A stretch of DNA of 63,961 nucleotides, filler included, from Octopus bimaculoides (Eukaryota): NCBI RefSeq assembly GCF_001194135.2. It is 7 parts of 7 records of this genome, joined end to end, with 100 filler letters (N's around TTAATTAATTAA, not from the genome) between each part and the next. Parts side by side here need not be neighbours in the genome. Positions count along the whole stretch, not along the records: positions 1 to 12,036 come from NC_068983.1; positions 12,137 to 26,998 come from NC_068996.1; 5 more parts are not named here. One strand, written 5' to 3'. Below, in pieces: positions 11,664-24,880 of the stretch (positions within the stretch are counted from its first letter, which is position 1; each line of letters opens with the position of its first letter). Under the pieces are notes generated by a model that was given only the letters and a program-made list of their open reading frames with translations, did not search any database and was not told where the DNA came from. The position numbers and the translations under genes were made by a program.

Positions 11664-12036
11664 CTAGCAGAAATACCCGGCTTTGCCCTGGTTAAAGGGA
11701 ATAATGACATCTAAAAACGCTGTCTAGACTACGCAACCCTCAACTGTTAGTAGCTACGATACCATATTTCTACATTAATAACTCTCCAATCCATGCCAGC
11801 ATGGAACATAGACATTAAGTGGAATGCCAGTCTCTCATCTGGGAAGGCCTTGAAATCAATGTTACCAACTGGGGACTATGTGTGTCGCAGTGATAATAAA
11901 AAGACTCAAAGGAGGTCTGCAACGAAATAATTTTACTCAACACTTTGCAAGTGAATCAGTGGAGGCAAAGATGCGTCTCATTTACTTGACAATTTATGCA
12001 CCACATTGCAGAAATCACAATGTAAGTATATCTGAA
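11664..12036 (-). mobile_element. Helitron-like element 3' terminus
   Basis: Minus strand ends ...CCAGGGCAAAGCCGGGTATTTCTGCTAG followed by T: a GC-rich subterminal hairpin about 10 nt before a terminal CTAG. The body is truncated by the gap. Confidence 0.55.
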
Positions 12037-12136
12037 NNNNNNNNNNNNNNNNNNNNNNNNNNNNNNNNNNNNNNNNNNNNTTAATTAATTAANNNNNNNN
12101 NNNNNNNNNNNNNNNNNNNNNNNNNNNNNNNNNNNN
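12037..12136. other. Artificial scaffold linker N44-TTAATTAATTAA-N44
   Basis: Exact 100-nt construct. TTAATTAATTAA gives stops in all six frames, and the construct occurs six times. Confidence 0.95.
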
Positions 12137-12649
12137 AAACCCAAGAGTGGTTGGCGGCGGCGATAGCGGCGGAGGCGGCGGAGGCGGCGGAGGCGGCGGA
12201 GGCGGCGGAGGCGGCGGTGATGGGGCGGAGTGGTGGTGGTGGTGACGGTGAGCGGGGGTAAGAAAGACATTGATAGTAAAAACGACGAGAAGAAGCAGGC
12301 AGGATGCGATGATAAACTAACGATAATGATGACGATAATGACGGCGATGACGATGATGATGATGACGACGATGATGACGACGATGACGATGATGAAGACG
12401 GCAATGATGATGGTGGTGATGATGATAATGATGACGACGACGACGACGAGGATGATGACAATGATGATGATGGTGGTGGTGGTGATGGTGATGATGATGA
12501 TGATGACGATGGTGGTGGTGATGATGATGATAGTGGTGATGGTGATGGTGATGGGGATGATGATGATGATGACGACGACGACGATGACAATAATGATGGT
12601 GGTGGTGGTGATGATAATGATGATGATGATGATGATGGTGGTGATGATA

Positions 12650-12686
<37 letters not shown>

Positions 12687-12900
12687 CGATGACGACGATG
12701 ATGATGGTGGTGATTGTCGAAGTGGAGGAAGTGATAGGAATGGGTCACGCTGACAATAGCAGTGTAAAGCATTTTGGGTGAGGAAGATGATGTCGAGGTT
12801 AAAGATGACGAAGAGAAATGAACGACGAAGATCAGAAAGACGATGATGATGGTTATGATGATGTTCATGCGAACGATGACGATATGTTGATTTCTTGGTA

Positions 12901-12931
<31 letters not shown>

Positions 12932-13039
12932 CTACGACGACGATGACGATGATGATGGTGGTGGTGATGATGATGATTGCGGTAATGGTGGGGTTGCAGT
13001 AGTAGTTGAGATGTTCTGAGAATGGTGGTGGTGGTGTTT

Positions 13040-13073
<34 letters not shown>

Positions 13074-13093
13074 CAGCAGCAGCAACAGCAGCA

Positions 13094-13130
<37 letters not shown>

Positions 13131-13230
13131 CNNNNNNNNNNGCAGCAGCAGCAGCAGCAGCAGTAGCAGTAGTAGTGGTAGTAGTAGTAGTAGTAGTAGT
13201 ACTAGTAGTAGTAGTAGTAGTAGCAGTCGT
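12137..13230. repeat. Compound trinucleotide microsatellite field (GGC/GAT/GGT/GAC/AGT/AGC)
   Basis: Direct inspection. It explains the poly-Met, poly-His, poly-Ser and poly-Leu ORFs. Confidence 0.9.
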
Positions 13231-13692
13231 GAGGAAAGATAGGAAAGAATAAATATATATTCAGAATCGCATATAAACAAATAAATAAATGAGAAAACAA
13301 AAACTACAAGCAAAAAAGAAAAAATGAAATACAATTAAAAAATACTAAGGAGGGTAAAAACAAAAAAAAAACAACAGACGAACGAAAATTACAAAATAAA
13401 TTAAAAGAAAAGAAAAAGAATTCCGGGTTGAAAATAACCAGCAAAATACACGCAAAAAAGTTAAAAAATAAATAAAGCAAACGAGACAACAAGAAAAACG
13501 AAAGAGTGAGAGATAAGGGAGCTAATCTGGCAGGTCATTAAATGGTGAAGTCCAGAGAGTCAATTGCCTTGTTTACCAAACGTCTATTATTTTGGTCTAA
13601 TAGTAAGAATAGCACCCCATGGCTTATGAACGTATCATGGAAATTCATCAAACAGGCAGGCTATATGTGAGTGCGTGTGTGTGTATGTGTGT

Positions 13693-13724
<32 letters not shown>

Positions 13725-13959
13725 ATAGATAGATAGATAGATAGATAGATACATATATGCGTGTACGTATATTTATGTATGTGTGTATGTGTGATGTATG
13801 TACGATTTTTTTTACTTTTTACTTACTTCAGTCATTTAACTGCGGCTATGCTGGAGCACCGCCTTGGAGTACTTGTTGTATCGGTCTCTTTTGCCGAATT
13901 GCTAGCATACAGAGACGTGAACACACCAACAGCAGTACGTATGCGCGCGCGCGCGTGTG

Positions 13960-14112
13960 TATTTTACGACGGTATTCTTCCAATAGCTGTCCACCAAATC
14001 CACTCACAAGGCCTCGGGTAGTCCGAGACTATATTAGATGACGCTTGCCCAAGGTTCCATGCTTGAACCATGTGGTTGGGAAGCAAACTTCCTACCACAC
14101 AGCTACACCTGC
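13960..14112 (-). mobile_element. tRNA-derived SINE family A
   Basis: Reverse complement of GGTAGGAAGTTTGCTTCCCAACCACATGGTT...GGGCAAG...CTTGTGAGTGGATTTGG. Same family as 33141 and 33879. Confidence 0.75.
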
Positions 14113-14129
14113 ACTTATATACATAAATA

Positions 14130-14770
14130 ATAAACTTCTGGAAAGTTTTACAGATTTTTACAGTTCCAGTGATGGATTGGATCTATAGTCTTCGAATCAG
14201 CTTTCTCCTTTCTCGTTTTGAGAAGCCTCATTTCTCAAGATTGGTATTTAGGCAGTGTTACATATCCCAGTGTCCCACTAATTACAGGTATAAACCTGAA
14301 CTTGTAATCCGGATAGAGTAACTACAGATTTCTCAATAGTCAGCATAGGTGTTCTCTTTTTCACTGATCGCCAGTTTTATGTTAACATCTGCTTGGCAGT
14401 TGCTTTCCAAAACTTTACACAATTTCTCTACTCTACCCCAGATCATTATGTATGTACGTATGTATGTATGTATGTATGTGCAAATTTGTACGTTTTATGT
14501 AAGTATTCTCATGCATATAGCTACATATCTAGACATGCTCAAATATGCTTAAATGATAAACTTCTGGGAAGTTTTACAGATTTTTCCAGTTCCTGCGATG
14601 GATTGGATCTGTAGTCTTTGAATTAGCTTTCTCCTTTCTGGTTTTGAGAAGCCTAATTTCTCAAGATTGGTATTTAGGCAGTGTGTTACATATCTCAGTA
14701 CCCCAATAATTACAGGTATAAACCTGAACTTGTAATCTGGATAGATTAACTGCAGATTTCTCAATATTTC
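14130..14770 (-). mobile_element. Two tandem R4/Dong-like LINE 3' fragments
   Basis: ORF 14549-14764 (RNLQLIYPDYKFRFIPVIIGVLRYVT...LQIQSIAGTGKICKT) is repeated at about 14130-14420. Confidence 0.7.
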
Positions 14771-16884
14771 AGCATATGTTTGTTTGTATGTATGTACGTA
14801 TGTATGTCCATATGTACATATGTATGTATCACCACGTTTGTTTGGTTGTATGTATGTATATATGTATGTATGTATGTATATATGTATGTATGTATGTATG
14901 TATATATGTATGTATGCCCATATGTTTATGTACTTATCACCACGTTTGTTTGGTTGTATTTATGCATATATATGTATTTAGGTATATATGAATGTATGTA
15001 TGAATGTATGTATGCATGTATGTATGGATGGATGGATGTATATGTTTGAGAGCGTGTCCACTTCGTGTTTGTGTTATGGAACCTGGTTTTTATTTTGAAA
15101 ACAAAATTACCGAGTTAATGTATATTTTAGAAAAGAAAATTCTATAGCTGCTTTCAATAATGAATTGGCATCAATCAAATGATTTTTTTGTTTTTCCCTC
15201 TATTTATCATCATCATCATCATCATCATTATTATTGGTATTATTGTTGTAGTTGATGTTATTATTATCATTATTATTATGGTGGCGATGGTGTTGGAGTG
15301 GCAGATTTGTTAGCATAAATAAACACACACACACACATACACACTTATGTATATATATATATGGAGCTTCATATCCATTTGCATGAATAATCGTACAGTT
15401 TTCTCGGCGTTTATAGTTTCCCAGTTTGTGACTTCTGTATCGTCTTGTGTCCATTGGTGGTTCAACCCGCATGAATAGGTCAATCAAAATAGTTTCTTCC
15501 TTCTTTATTAACCAACGTTGCTTTCTTATACAAGATGGCTGCTGTCTTGCTGAAAATAGTGTACTCTTCACTTCAAGGGCCGCAATGACAAGCCAGTTTA
15601 GTATATTTGTGGCTGAGGAATACTACAGACGATACGATTTCAAACTCCTTTCGATGACAAATACGCATTGATAATACACTATAGCATTCTTTTTGTTTGC
15701 TTTCGTCTTCATATCCAATACTGGACATATTTTAAGTGCTAAAACTTAAAATTGCGCAAGTTCTTTACACATTTCGTTGTACGATTTAGAAATTTAGCGT
15801 GGGGACATAACGCTATTTTTTCACTACAGCAGTTTTATTTTCCTGATTATTCAATTTCTCAATTTAATCAACGTTCGTTGATCTTTTCAGACTTTATATT
15901 ATACTCATTGTTATTTAAAAATCTAATCCGTGTTCACTGAGCTCATGTGGTTGCTAAGAGAAGCCAACTTCTTAAATTCGCTCTTTTACGTTGTTAAATG
16001 TGAAACTATTTGTTTTCTGAGAAATTTTATCTCATACCTCATATTTCGTACCTCATACACATCTACAATGTCTGTAGTTATCACATCATAAATTACTGTG
16101 GTGATATCGTTTCTCTCTTCACTGCAGGGGCTGCAGTAACTAGCGGATTTTGGTTTACGTTTATTGTTCGTCGAAGGTTAGTTATAAACGAGCGATTTTG
16201 AAATTGCCACTTTAGATTTCAAAGAAGCTCGAAAACGCCGTGAGATTTCTTTGCTTTCTTACCCAACGGCGGACAAATTGTTTAAATACCGTAGTTCAAA
16301 CTACCTTCACACTTTCCGACATATGATTTAGGAGGTTACTGTGGGGACGTAAGATTATTCTTATAACTGCAGTTCTCATCTGTCTACTCGGTTTAATTGG
16401 ATTTCTGTTGGTCATATTCCACATGCTATCTCATACTTATTACCGTTTACACAATGAGTCTGCAGGTGACTAGTATTATTTGATTGATAAGAACCAAAGA
16501 CTTGTAGAATTCGCTCTCCGGCTTTATTAAACATCACATTATTTCTCTTCTGACAAGCTTTACCCCTTACCCACCTACGATATTCAGGATCATTATTTTT
16601 TAAATATTATCTTGTACTTGACAACATGTTCCATTCCAGATGATAAAGTTTACTTCATAGATGACACTTCTTTGCTGAACACTTATAAACAAATACGGTC
16701 TTTGTTGACGCAGTAGTTATGCTTTTCTCATTAACCATAATTCTATATTATTGTAAATCGTGATGGTTCGAAATTTTATACAACTCAAGAAAAAGTTGGG
16801 AAATGTCTTACTTTCCCTTTTGTTCTCATGTTGAGGCGTCTTTTCTCTTCAAATTTTCTGACTTCGTTCTTCATTCTCTGCTCT

Positions 16885-17064
16885 CAGTTCTTCTTCTTCT
16901 TCTTCTTCTTCTTCTTCTTCTTCTTCTTCTTCTTCTTCTTCCGCTTCTTCTTCTTCTCCTTCTTCTTCTTCTTCTTCTTCTTCTTCTTCTTCTTCCGCTT
17001 CTTCTTCTTCTTCTTCTTCTCCTTCTTCTTCTTCTTCTTTTTCTTCTTCTTCTTCTTTTTCTTC
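16885..17064. repeat. (CTT)n microsatellite, followed after the gap by (ATC/GTC)n tracts
   Basis: Direct inspection. Confidence 0.9.
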
Positions 17065-18509
17065 NNNNNNNNNNNNNNNNNNNNNNNNNNNNNNNNNNNN
17101 NNNNNNNNNNNNNNNNNNNNNNNNNNNNNNNNNNNNNNNNNNNNNNNNNNNNNNNNNNNNNNNNNNNNNNNNNNNNNNNNNNNNNNNNNNNNNNNNNNNN
17201 NNNNNNNNNNNNNNNNNNNNNNNNNNNNNNNNNNNNNNNNNNNNNNNNNNNNNNNNNNNNNNNNNNNNNNNNNNNNNNNNNNNNNNNNNNNNNNNNNNNN
17301 NNNNNNNNNNNNNNNNNNNNNNNNNNNNNNNNNNNNNNNNNNNNNNNNNNNNNNNNNNNNNNNNNNNNNNNNNNNNNNNNNNNNNNNNNNNNNNNNNNNN
17401 NNNNNNNNNNNNNNNNNNNNNNNNNNNNNNNNNNNNNNNNNNNNNNNNNNNNNNNNNNNNNNNNNNNNNNNNNNNNNNNACCACCACCTCCACCACCACC
17501 TCCACCACCAACAACAAAAACAACTCCTATCATCTTCATCATTAGCGTCGTTGTTGTCGTCATCATCATCATCGTCATCATCTTCAACACCATTATCATC
17601 ATCATCGTCGTCGTCGCCACGGCTATTATCATCATCTTTTGCATCTCCATTATTATAACACTCATCATCGTCATCGTCATCATCATCATCATCATCACCA
17701 CCAAACAAGTGATATTATTTTACTCTGATTTTTTTCTAAACTTTATTTTTATTTTTTTTAAATATGAAACGTGTTTCATTGTCATTCACCATCATCATCA
17801 TCATCGTCATCACCACCACCACTACCATCATCATCATCATCATCATCATCATCATAAACAACAAGATCATCGTCGTCGTCGTCATCATCATCATCGTAAA
17901 CAATGAAAAGACTCTAGCAGAAATTAAGATAGCCCTAGGCAAACATTTTAATCTCCGGTTGAGCAAGTTCCTCGAACATATTGCTACTTCTGCTACCAAA
18001 ATGATGGACATTTCTCAGTCACGACAACGGATTACACCATTTTATGGTTTCATTTTCCATTACGTCTCTTCCTCGTCCATCTTCTCATTCTCCTCCTCTT
18101 CCTCCTCCTTCCCATTCTTCCTCTCCTCTTCATGTTTAATGATTCGGCATTGGCTGAATCATTTTAGAGAGAATTACATNNNNNNNNNNNNNNNNNNNNN
18201 NNNNNNNNNNNNNNNNNNNNNNNNNNNNNNNNNNNNNNNNNNNNNNNNNNNNNNNNNNNNNNNNNNNNNNNNNNNNNNNNNNNNNNNNNNNNNNNNNNNN
18301 NNNNNNNNNNNNNGAGGCGGCGGAACGGGGGATAATACAAAACACTTTCATGAGTTATTCGTTCCCGAAACTTTGTTTCGAAAACTCCCAGATGTGTATG
18401 AGGAACGTGCCCGAATGTAAGCGGCATTAAGCCACCTTTTAATAGAAGAAGAAGAAGAACAACAACAACAACAACAACAATAACAATAATAATACTGATG
18501 ATGATGATG

Positions 18510-19060
18510 ATACCCCGATGCAGTACCAGGCAGTGACTCTCATGGCTTCTGATCTCAACTGATTGGAAGTGCTATCATGTACATTGTTTTGTTTTGGTAT
18601 AAAAGATGGGCTACAGCAAATATTCTGCTCAATACCACAGATTTGCTTGTCAGTTGTTTGATCTTAACCAGTTGAAAATGTCCCACAGTGGCTGACGATA
18701 TGTGCATCTCTGATCACGAGCAGAAGTAGTGGGGGAGCATCATAGCCATGTGTTGAGGGGAATTCTTTGGGGTTTGAATAATTCACCTTTGGAAACATGG
18801 GTGATTCGTTCATCATCTTTAAACAACGCTTATTCAGAGACCTTTTGAGTGGAATGGGCTACTCGACCTGAAGGAAATTGTAGCTGGGCCCCACCTGCAA
18901 GGTCATACGCTGCTTACATTGATATAAGACCACCATGTCACGCACATATGGTTGTGATGCATGTGCCTGGGGTACTTTTGTCGGATGGGTAGTCATGAAG
19001 GGTATATTGGGCTGTATATATTTGTACTCCAGTATCAATTTGATGGCAGACAATGCTCTC
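18510..19060 (-). mobile_element. LINE 3' end/UTR repeat (probable RLE clade), flanked by AAT/AAC tracts
   Basis: High-identity second copy at 40260-40630 (CATGGCTTCTGATCTCAACTGATTGGAAGTG...GGGCCCCACCT). The clade call is tentative. Confidence 0.55.
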
Positions 19061-19119
19061 TCAATCAATAACAACAACAACAACAACAATAATAATAATT
19101 ATCCTTTTATATTTTGGCA

Positions 19120-19290
19120 CAAGGTCAGGAAATTTGAGGGGTTGTAATGTCGATTACATTCGGCCCCTTTGTTCGACTGTTACTTATTTTATCGCCCTCT
19201 AAAGAATAACACGCAAAGTCGACATCGGCAGAATTAGAAGTCAGAACGTCGGACGAAATGTCGTTAAGGATTTCATTCGGTATGGCAGCC
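19120..19290 (-). mobile_element. SINE family B, degenerate
   Basis: Similar to 38790-39003. Confidence 0.6.
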
Positions 19291-19504
19291 CACTGTCTTC
19301 CTTTGGTATTTTATAATAATCTCAGAATTTCAAGAAAAACATCGAGTCCTTCCGTCTTTTCTCTACTTCCCGCCTCTCTCTCCCATCCTACTATCTCTTT
19401 CTCTGTTCCTTTTTTTCAATTCATCTCCCCTTTCCCCACCTTCCCTCTTTCAACTCTCCCTACAATTCTTCAATTATCCAACATTTTCACGCCCAAAATT
19501 GGTA

Positions 19505-20575
19505 GCAGTAGGTATCCGTCGGTCTCGAGAGGCCATGGATCTACACCCGAAGAAATCGTGTCAGCTGCTGATGGCGGTGTAGCGTCCATTGTGGCTGTAC
19601 AGGCCCACATGCGTGTGGCAGTCACCTGTACAGCGTCTGCATTTGAGGGAGCTCTCTGCCGGCGCTACTAATCTTTTCCTTCTGTCGAGTGCGCTTTTCT
19701 TTGGTGGCGAGTTCCTGTTATTCTTCTGCTCTCTTCATCACCTTTTGCAGTATTTGTCTCCAGTCTGGGCGATCTTTTGCAACCTTCTCCCATCTCAGGA
19801 CGTCCAGATCAAGTGACTTCGTATCCCTCTTACAGACGTCCATTAAACGAAGATGAGGTCGTCCTCGTGCCCTTGTACCGGTGGCCAATTCACCATACAG
19901 GAAGTCTTTGGGGATTCTTCATTCCGACATGCACCGAGCCAATGCAAATAACGTTACTGAAGTAGGGTGAGTATGCGGGGTGTCTTGGTTCGGTCTAGAA
20001 CTTCGGTGTTAGTGATGTGGTCCCCAAGATGCGTCTGAAATTACGAAGGTGAAAGTCGTTGAGACGCCGCTCCTGTCTGAAGTAGAGGCCCCACGTCTCA
20101 CTGCCATAAAGAAGAGTACTAATGATGCACGCCTTATCGACAGTAATCTTGGTGTTAGCAGCCAGTTTTTTTTGTTTTCCCAGACTCTCTTTATGAGCCT
20201 GGCAAATGTGGAGGATGCTTGTTCGATTCGCCTATTGATTTCAGGGTCCGTGGAAAGTTCATTAGCGATGGTAGAGTCGAGATAGGTGAATTGACGGACT
20301 ACCTCCCTCCAACATGTAGTGATGGTGGGGGCGTGCTTGACACTTTGGCCCATTACTTGGGTCTTCTTCAGACTTATAGTCAGGCTTAATTCCTGACAGT
20401 CCTTTGACAGTTTGCCCATGAGGTGCTGCATTTGCTCTTCAGGGTGCGCTGTCAGTGCTGCATCGTCTGCGAACAGCATTTCTCTGACGAGTACCTGGTA
20501 TACCCTGGATTTTGCTTTCAGCCTCGACAAACTAAATAATTTGTTGCTTGATCTGGTGTGGAATATTTGGACCGA
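19505..20575 (-). mobile_element. RTE-clade (BovB-like) LINE 3' portion, frameshifted
   Basis: REMLFADDAAL...LTISLKKTQVM...FTYL.S...EINRRIEQAS, then RIPKDFLYGELATGTRARGRPHLR..DVCKRD and a terminal GLYSH motif. Confidence 0.85.
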
Positions 20576-20841
20576 ATAGTGACTTGTGTCGAGAAATGGG
20601 TTCTCTATAAGAATGTCAAGCGCCGCAGACAGTGGGTAGGGAAAGGAGAAACACCGGCACCCCAGGCTAAAGAAGGTCTTCACCTACGTAAGATGTTGTC
20701 ATCTGTTTGGTGGGATATGAAAGGTTTTGTCCACTTTGAACTTTTAAACCCAAACTAAATGATAACAAAGGAGATCCACCGCGAGCAGCTTGTGCGGCTT
20801 AAGTCAGCGTTAGAAGAAAACCACCATCTTTGGTTTCAAGA
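20560..20841 (+). mobile_element. Mariner transposase internal fragment
   Basis: TCVEKWVLYKNVKRRRQW...KMLSSVWWDMKGFVHFELL resembles the mariner TGDEKW and WWD.KG motifs, with an in-frame stop. Confidence 0.8.
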
Positions 20842-21224
20842 NNNNNNNNNNNNNNNNNNNNNNNNNNNNNNNNNNNNNNNNNNNNNNNNNNNNNNNNNNN
20901 NNNNNNNNNNNNNNNNNNNNNNNNNNNNNNNNNNNNNNNNNNNNNNNNNNNNNNNNNNNNNNNNNNNNNNNNNNNNNNNNNNNNNNNNNNNNNNNNNNNN
21001 NNNNNNNNNNNNNNNNNNNNNNNNNNNNNNNNNNNNNNNNNNNNNNNNNNNNNNNNNNNNNNNNNNNNNNNNNNNNNNNNNNNNNNNNNNNNNNNNNNNN
21101 NNNNNNNNNNNNNNNNNNNNNNNNNNNNNNNNNNNNNNNNNNNNNNNNNNNNNNNNNNNNNNNNNNNNNNNNNNNNNNNNNNNNNNNNNNNNNNNNNNNN
21201 NNNNNNNNNNNNNNNNNNNTTATG

Positions 21225-21345
21225 AGCGCAGGCATAGTTGTATAGTTAGACGCTTGTTTCCCAACCACACAGCTCCAGATTCGGGTCTACTGCTTGGCAC
21301 CTTGCGCAAGTGTCTTCTACTATAGCCTTGGGCCTATCTAAGCCT
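21225..21345 (+). mobile_element. SINE family A
   Basis: GCTTGTTTCCCAACCACACAG...GGCACCTTGCGCAAGTGTCTTCTACTATAGCC. Confidence 0.7.
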
Positions 21346-22017
21346 TGTGGTAGAATAAGCACCAGGTGCTGCGATCGATTCGTTCGACTAGAAAGTCATT
21401 GCTCCAGTATGGCCGTAGTCTAACGACTGAAGCAGATACAAGTTTAAAAAATGAGAAAAATCAAATACATATGTTTGTGTCTGTGACACACACTCAAAGA
21501 TTTTTAATTTCCTGTTGCTTGAACAAGTGAATGCGCATCATCGAAAGCGACGGAAGACCCGTCATCCACTGAAATACTCTTAACCTTCTTATAAATGTTC
21601 GCTTGTTTATTGTTGCTGCTGTTATTATCGTCGTTTTCACATAGGTTTCTTCTATATCCACTAAATATAAATATGTCGTCAACTCAGCGAAGTTCAAAAG
21701 TTATTTGATATTATTTCACGTGATTTCTTCGTAGTTCTTTCTTCTTGTTTTTTTTGTTCGAGTTTTTCTACTTTTTTTAAACATTAAAAAAATATACGTC
21801 TTTTGTATTTTACATATTTTTTTGTCTGTTTGTTTTTTGTTTTTTTTTTCTTGTCTCCTTTTCGTTTTGCAATTAAATTTCATAATTACAAATAGTGCAA
21901 ATGAGCAAGCAATATTTTAATTACAGGAGACAATGTTATTTCTATCCATAGACAGAATAACAACATATTTAGTTTGCTTCGTTTTATTTTCTGCGTTTTT
22001 TTTATTATTATTCTGGT

Positions 22018-22190
22018 GGTATGCATGGCTATGTTGTTAAGAAGCTTGCTTCCAACTACTTGATTCTGGATTCAGTTCCTCTGAGGGCGACCTTGAACAA
22101 GTGTCTCCTATTATAGCCTCAGACCGAGCCAAGCTTTGTGAGTGGATTTGATAGACGGAAACTGAAAGAAACCCGTCATATATATACTAA
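22018..22190 (+). mobile_element. SINE family A
   Basis: AAGAAGCTTGCTTCCAAC...GTGAGTGGATTTGATAGACGGAAACTGAAAGAAACCCGTC. Confidence 0.75.
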
Positions 22191-22279
22191 AGAAAATTTT
22201 CTGTTTCTTTACTTTTTCCTTGAACTGTTTTTGTTTCGTTTATTGAACTATTTCCTTTTTTCTGAACTGTCATTATTTT

Positions 22280-23640
22280 GAGACTTTTGTGAACAATTAT
22301 TTCCTATTAGAACTATTAGTTATGGCTGGAAAAAAGTTAACAAAGAAATCTACTGCTTTGGAGTGGGAGATTGTCCCACCCAAGCAGTGGTTAAACGACT
22401 TCAGAGAAAGAACGGTGGGGTTGAGGACGTACTCTAAGTCACTCGACACCATCACGGTCTTTTCCCAAGTTGATATTGAGAAAGAGTTGGCAGAATAGGT
22501 TTATGGCCAAGGGTGTCAAGTACGCAACGGTTTGGTTGCTATTTGGCACTCCTAAGGTGGCTCACAATTTTGCAAGCCAGCCCTTAGAAGGGCAAAAAAT
22601 TCCGTTTCTTCCCACACACTGTGGGAAGAAATTAACTNNNNNNNNNNNNNNNNNNNNNNNNNNNNNNNNNNNNNNNNNNNNNNNNNNNNNNNNNNNNNNN
22701 NNNNNNNNNNNNNNNNNNNNNNNNNNNNNNNNNNNNNNNNNNNNNNNNNNNNNNNNNNNNNNNNNNNNNNNNNNNNNNNNNNNNNNNNNNNNNNNNNNNN
22801 NNNNNNNNNNNNNNNNNNNNNNNNNNNNNNNNNNNNNNNNNNNNNNNNNNNNNNNNNNNNNNNNNNNNNNNNNNNNNNNNNNNNNNNNNNNNNNNNNNNN
22901 NNNNNNNNNNNNGGGCACAGGTATCCGGTGATCCTTGAGGGATGCCTTCCCCCCCCTAAAAAAATATCACCTGTGCCTGGAGCCTGGCCACATTAAGAAA
23001 AACTGTCCCCAGGATCAGAGTAGGGTCCTGGAACAGTTAATAAAAGTAGTTCCCCCGCTCCTCCACTGGAGGGAGAAACAGAGGAAGTCGAGGAGGTGGA
23101 AACCTCCTCGAAGAAAGGAAAGAAAGAAATGAGGTAGGCAACAATGGTTGCCACCGAAGGCTGCGGGGGAGGAGGAGGACCTTCCCGTTAAGGCAGAAGT
23201 GCCCCCTACTCCCGTGGCCCCCCAAAAAAGGCAAAAGAAGAAGAACGGGACACGGTCGGCGCCTGGTAGCGCACCGCCGGCTTGTCCCGACGCTCCGTTG
23301 GTGGGAATTGTGCCACCATCGGTGGGAATTGTTCCGCCGACAATAGAAACTGTGGTCTCGCCCTATAAGGAGGAGGAATTTGTAATCCTCTTCCACAAGG
23401 GAGGGGCCGTCCAAGATTTGGTGAAGACGTTTACTAGGAAGGGTCGGAGGAGAGGGATCCTCACCTGTACCAAGGACCTTGATTGGCCTTCGCAAGTAGC
23501 TGTGGAGGTCATGTGGGAAAATGATTTGTACAGGATGATGGATTCCTTCCCCGAGGATGCATTCCGCTTCATACTGAAGTGGCCCGATCTAGAACCATCG
23601 AGGTGCTTGAGTGAAGCACTGAGTCTGGTCGTGCGGTAAG
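22280..23640 (+). mobile_element. Degenerate gag/ORF1-like region of a retroelement
   Basis: GC-richer island with broken ORFs, a decayed CCHC knuckle (YHLCLEPGHIKKNCP) and a Lys/Pro-rich linker. No RT was seen. Confidence 0.4.
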
Positions 23641-23939
23641 GTGTAAGAGGACGAGTGCCTCATATTGAAGGGCCATATGGCCCATAAAAAGAAATGTGTA
23701 AGATGCAGATGCCGTAGTTCAAGGATTTAATGATATTGTGAAGTAAGAGGTTTATAGCCTCAATTTGTAAATTTGTTTAACTTATAAAAAAAAAACAATG
23801 TTTTAGAGAAGCAGAGTTCGGCGGGCGGCTTCTGTCTTCTCCCATTAATATCATCGTGTTTATCATTCATCTCATCTCATTAATGTCTTCGTCCAGCCCG
23901 CAGCTACTCTATGTACTGCCCACGTGGCAAATTTAATGA

Positions 23940-24095
23940 AATAAAGTAGCTTGCTTACCAACCACATGGTTCTGGGTTTCCGGGTTCAGTCCCATTGTGT
24001 GGCACACTGGGCAAGTGTCTTCTAATATAGCCTCGGACCGACCAAAGCCTTGTGAGTGAATTTGGTCGACGGAAACTGAAAGAAGCCCGTCGTAT
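23940..24095 (+). mobile_element. SINE family A
   Basis: Family consensus ending GAAAGAAGCCCGTCG plus a TA/TG tail. Confidence 0.75.
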
Positions 24096-24105
24096 ATATA
24101 TGTGT

Positions 24106-24156
<51 letters not shown>

Positions 24157-24169
24157 TGTGTGTCGCTGA

Positions 24170-24305
24170 ATATCCCCGAGAACTACGTTAAGGGTACACG
24201 TGTCTGTGCAGTGTTCAGCCACTTGCACGTTAGTTTCACGAGCAAGCTGTTCCGTTGATCGGATCAACTGGAACCCTTGTCGTCGTAAGCGACCTAGTGC
24301 CGACG
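24170..24305 (-). mobile_element. SINE family C, partial
   Basis: Reverse complement of the 25528 and 51110 copies (GATCCGATCAACGGAACAGC...ACCCTTAACGTAGTTCTCGGG). Confidence 0.7.
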
Positions 24306-24756
24306 ACTCACGATCACATGATTTCGACTCCCACGCGGGGTGGTGCGTTGTTGTTTTGGTGGGGGAAAGAAACATTTCATTTCATGTTACTCCAGTTCAC
24401 TCGACTGTAAATAGCAAACCTCCGCGACGAACTGGCGTCCCGTTTAGGATAAATATCTTGATCACGTGGTTTATACGTCATAGGCTTACCCACCGAGCCA
24501 GAGGGGTGACTTCCTTTGAACGCTACAATAACGCGAGGTAAAACATTGTGATCAGCGATGTACCACAACATCTAGTTGCTTGGTCGACATAGCGATTCAG
24601 TGATTCACAGATGACTATACATGTTATGTTATAAATTTCTAATCCAATTCATAGAGACGTCAGCCATTTTATCAATTACCCTAATTCAACAAAAAACGAT
24701 AAGTCTTGTTTCTTTATCATTCTAATACAATTCTCACTTGTTTTATTTTCTCAAAG

Positions 24757-24880
24757 GTCCGTAGCTGAAACGTTAAAGAAAGGTCTGCCAGTTAAACCAG
24801 AAAGTTACCAATCTGTGACCATTTATTTCAGCGATATCTGTGGGTTTACTGCTTTGTCGGCTGAGAGTACCCCGATGGAG
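24757..24880 (+). CDS. Single internal exon of a receptor-type (natriuretic-peptide-receptor-like) guanylate cyclase, start of the catalytic domain
   Basis: Polypyrimidine tract and AG, a 124-nt exon, then GTAAAA donor. It translates to [41 protein letters not shown], matching the receptor-GC motif [20 protein letters not shown]. Confidence 0.92.

Noticed and set aside
12081-13334. Long ORFs (417 aa, poly-His 183 aa, poly-Met 183 aa) resembling low-complexity or His-rich proteins
   Set aside because: These are translations of trinucleotide microsatellites that are open in several frames, with no splice signals or domain.
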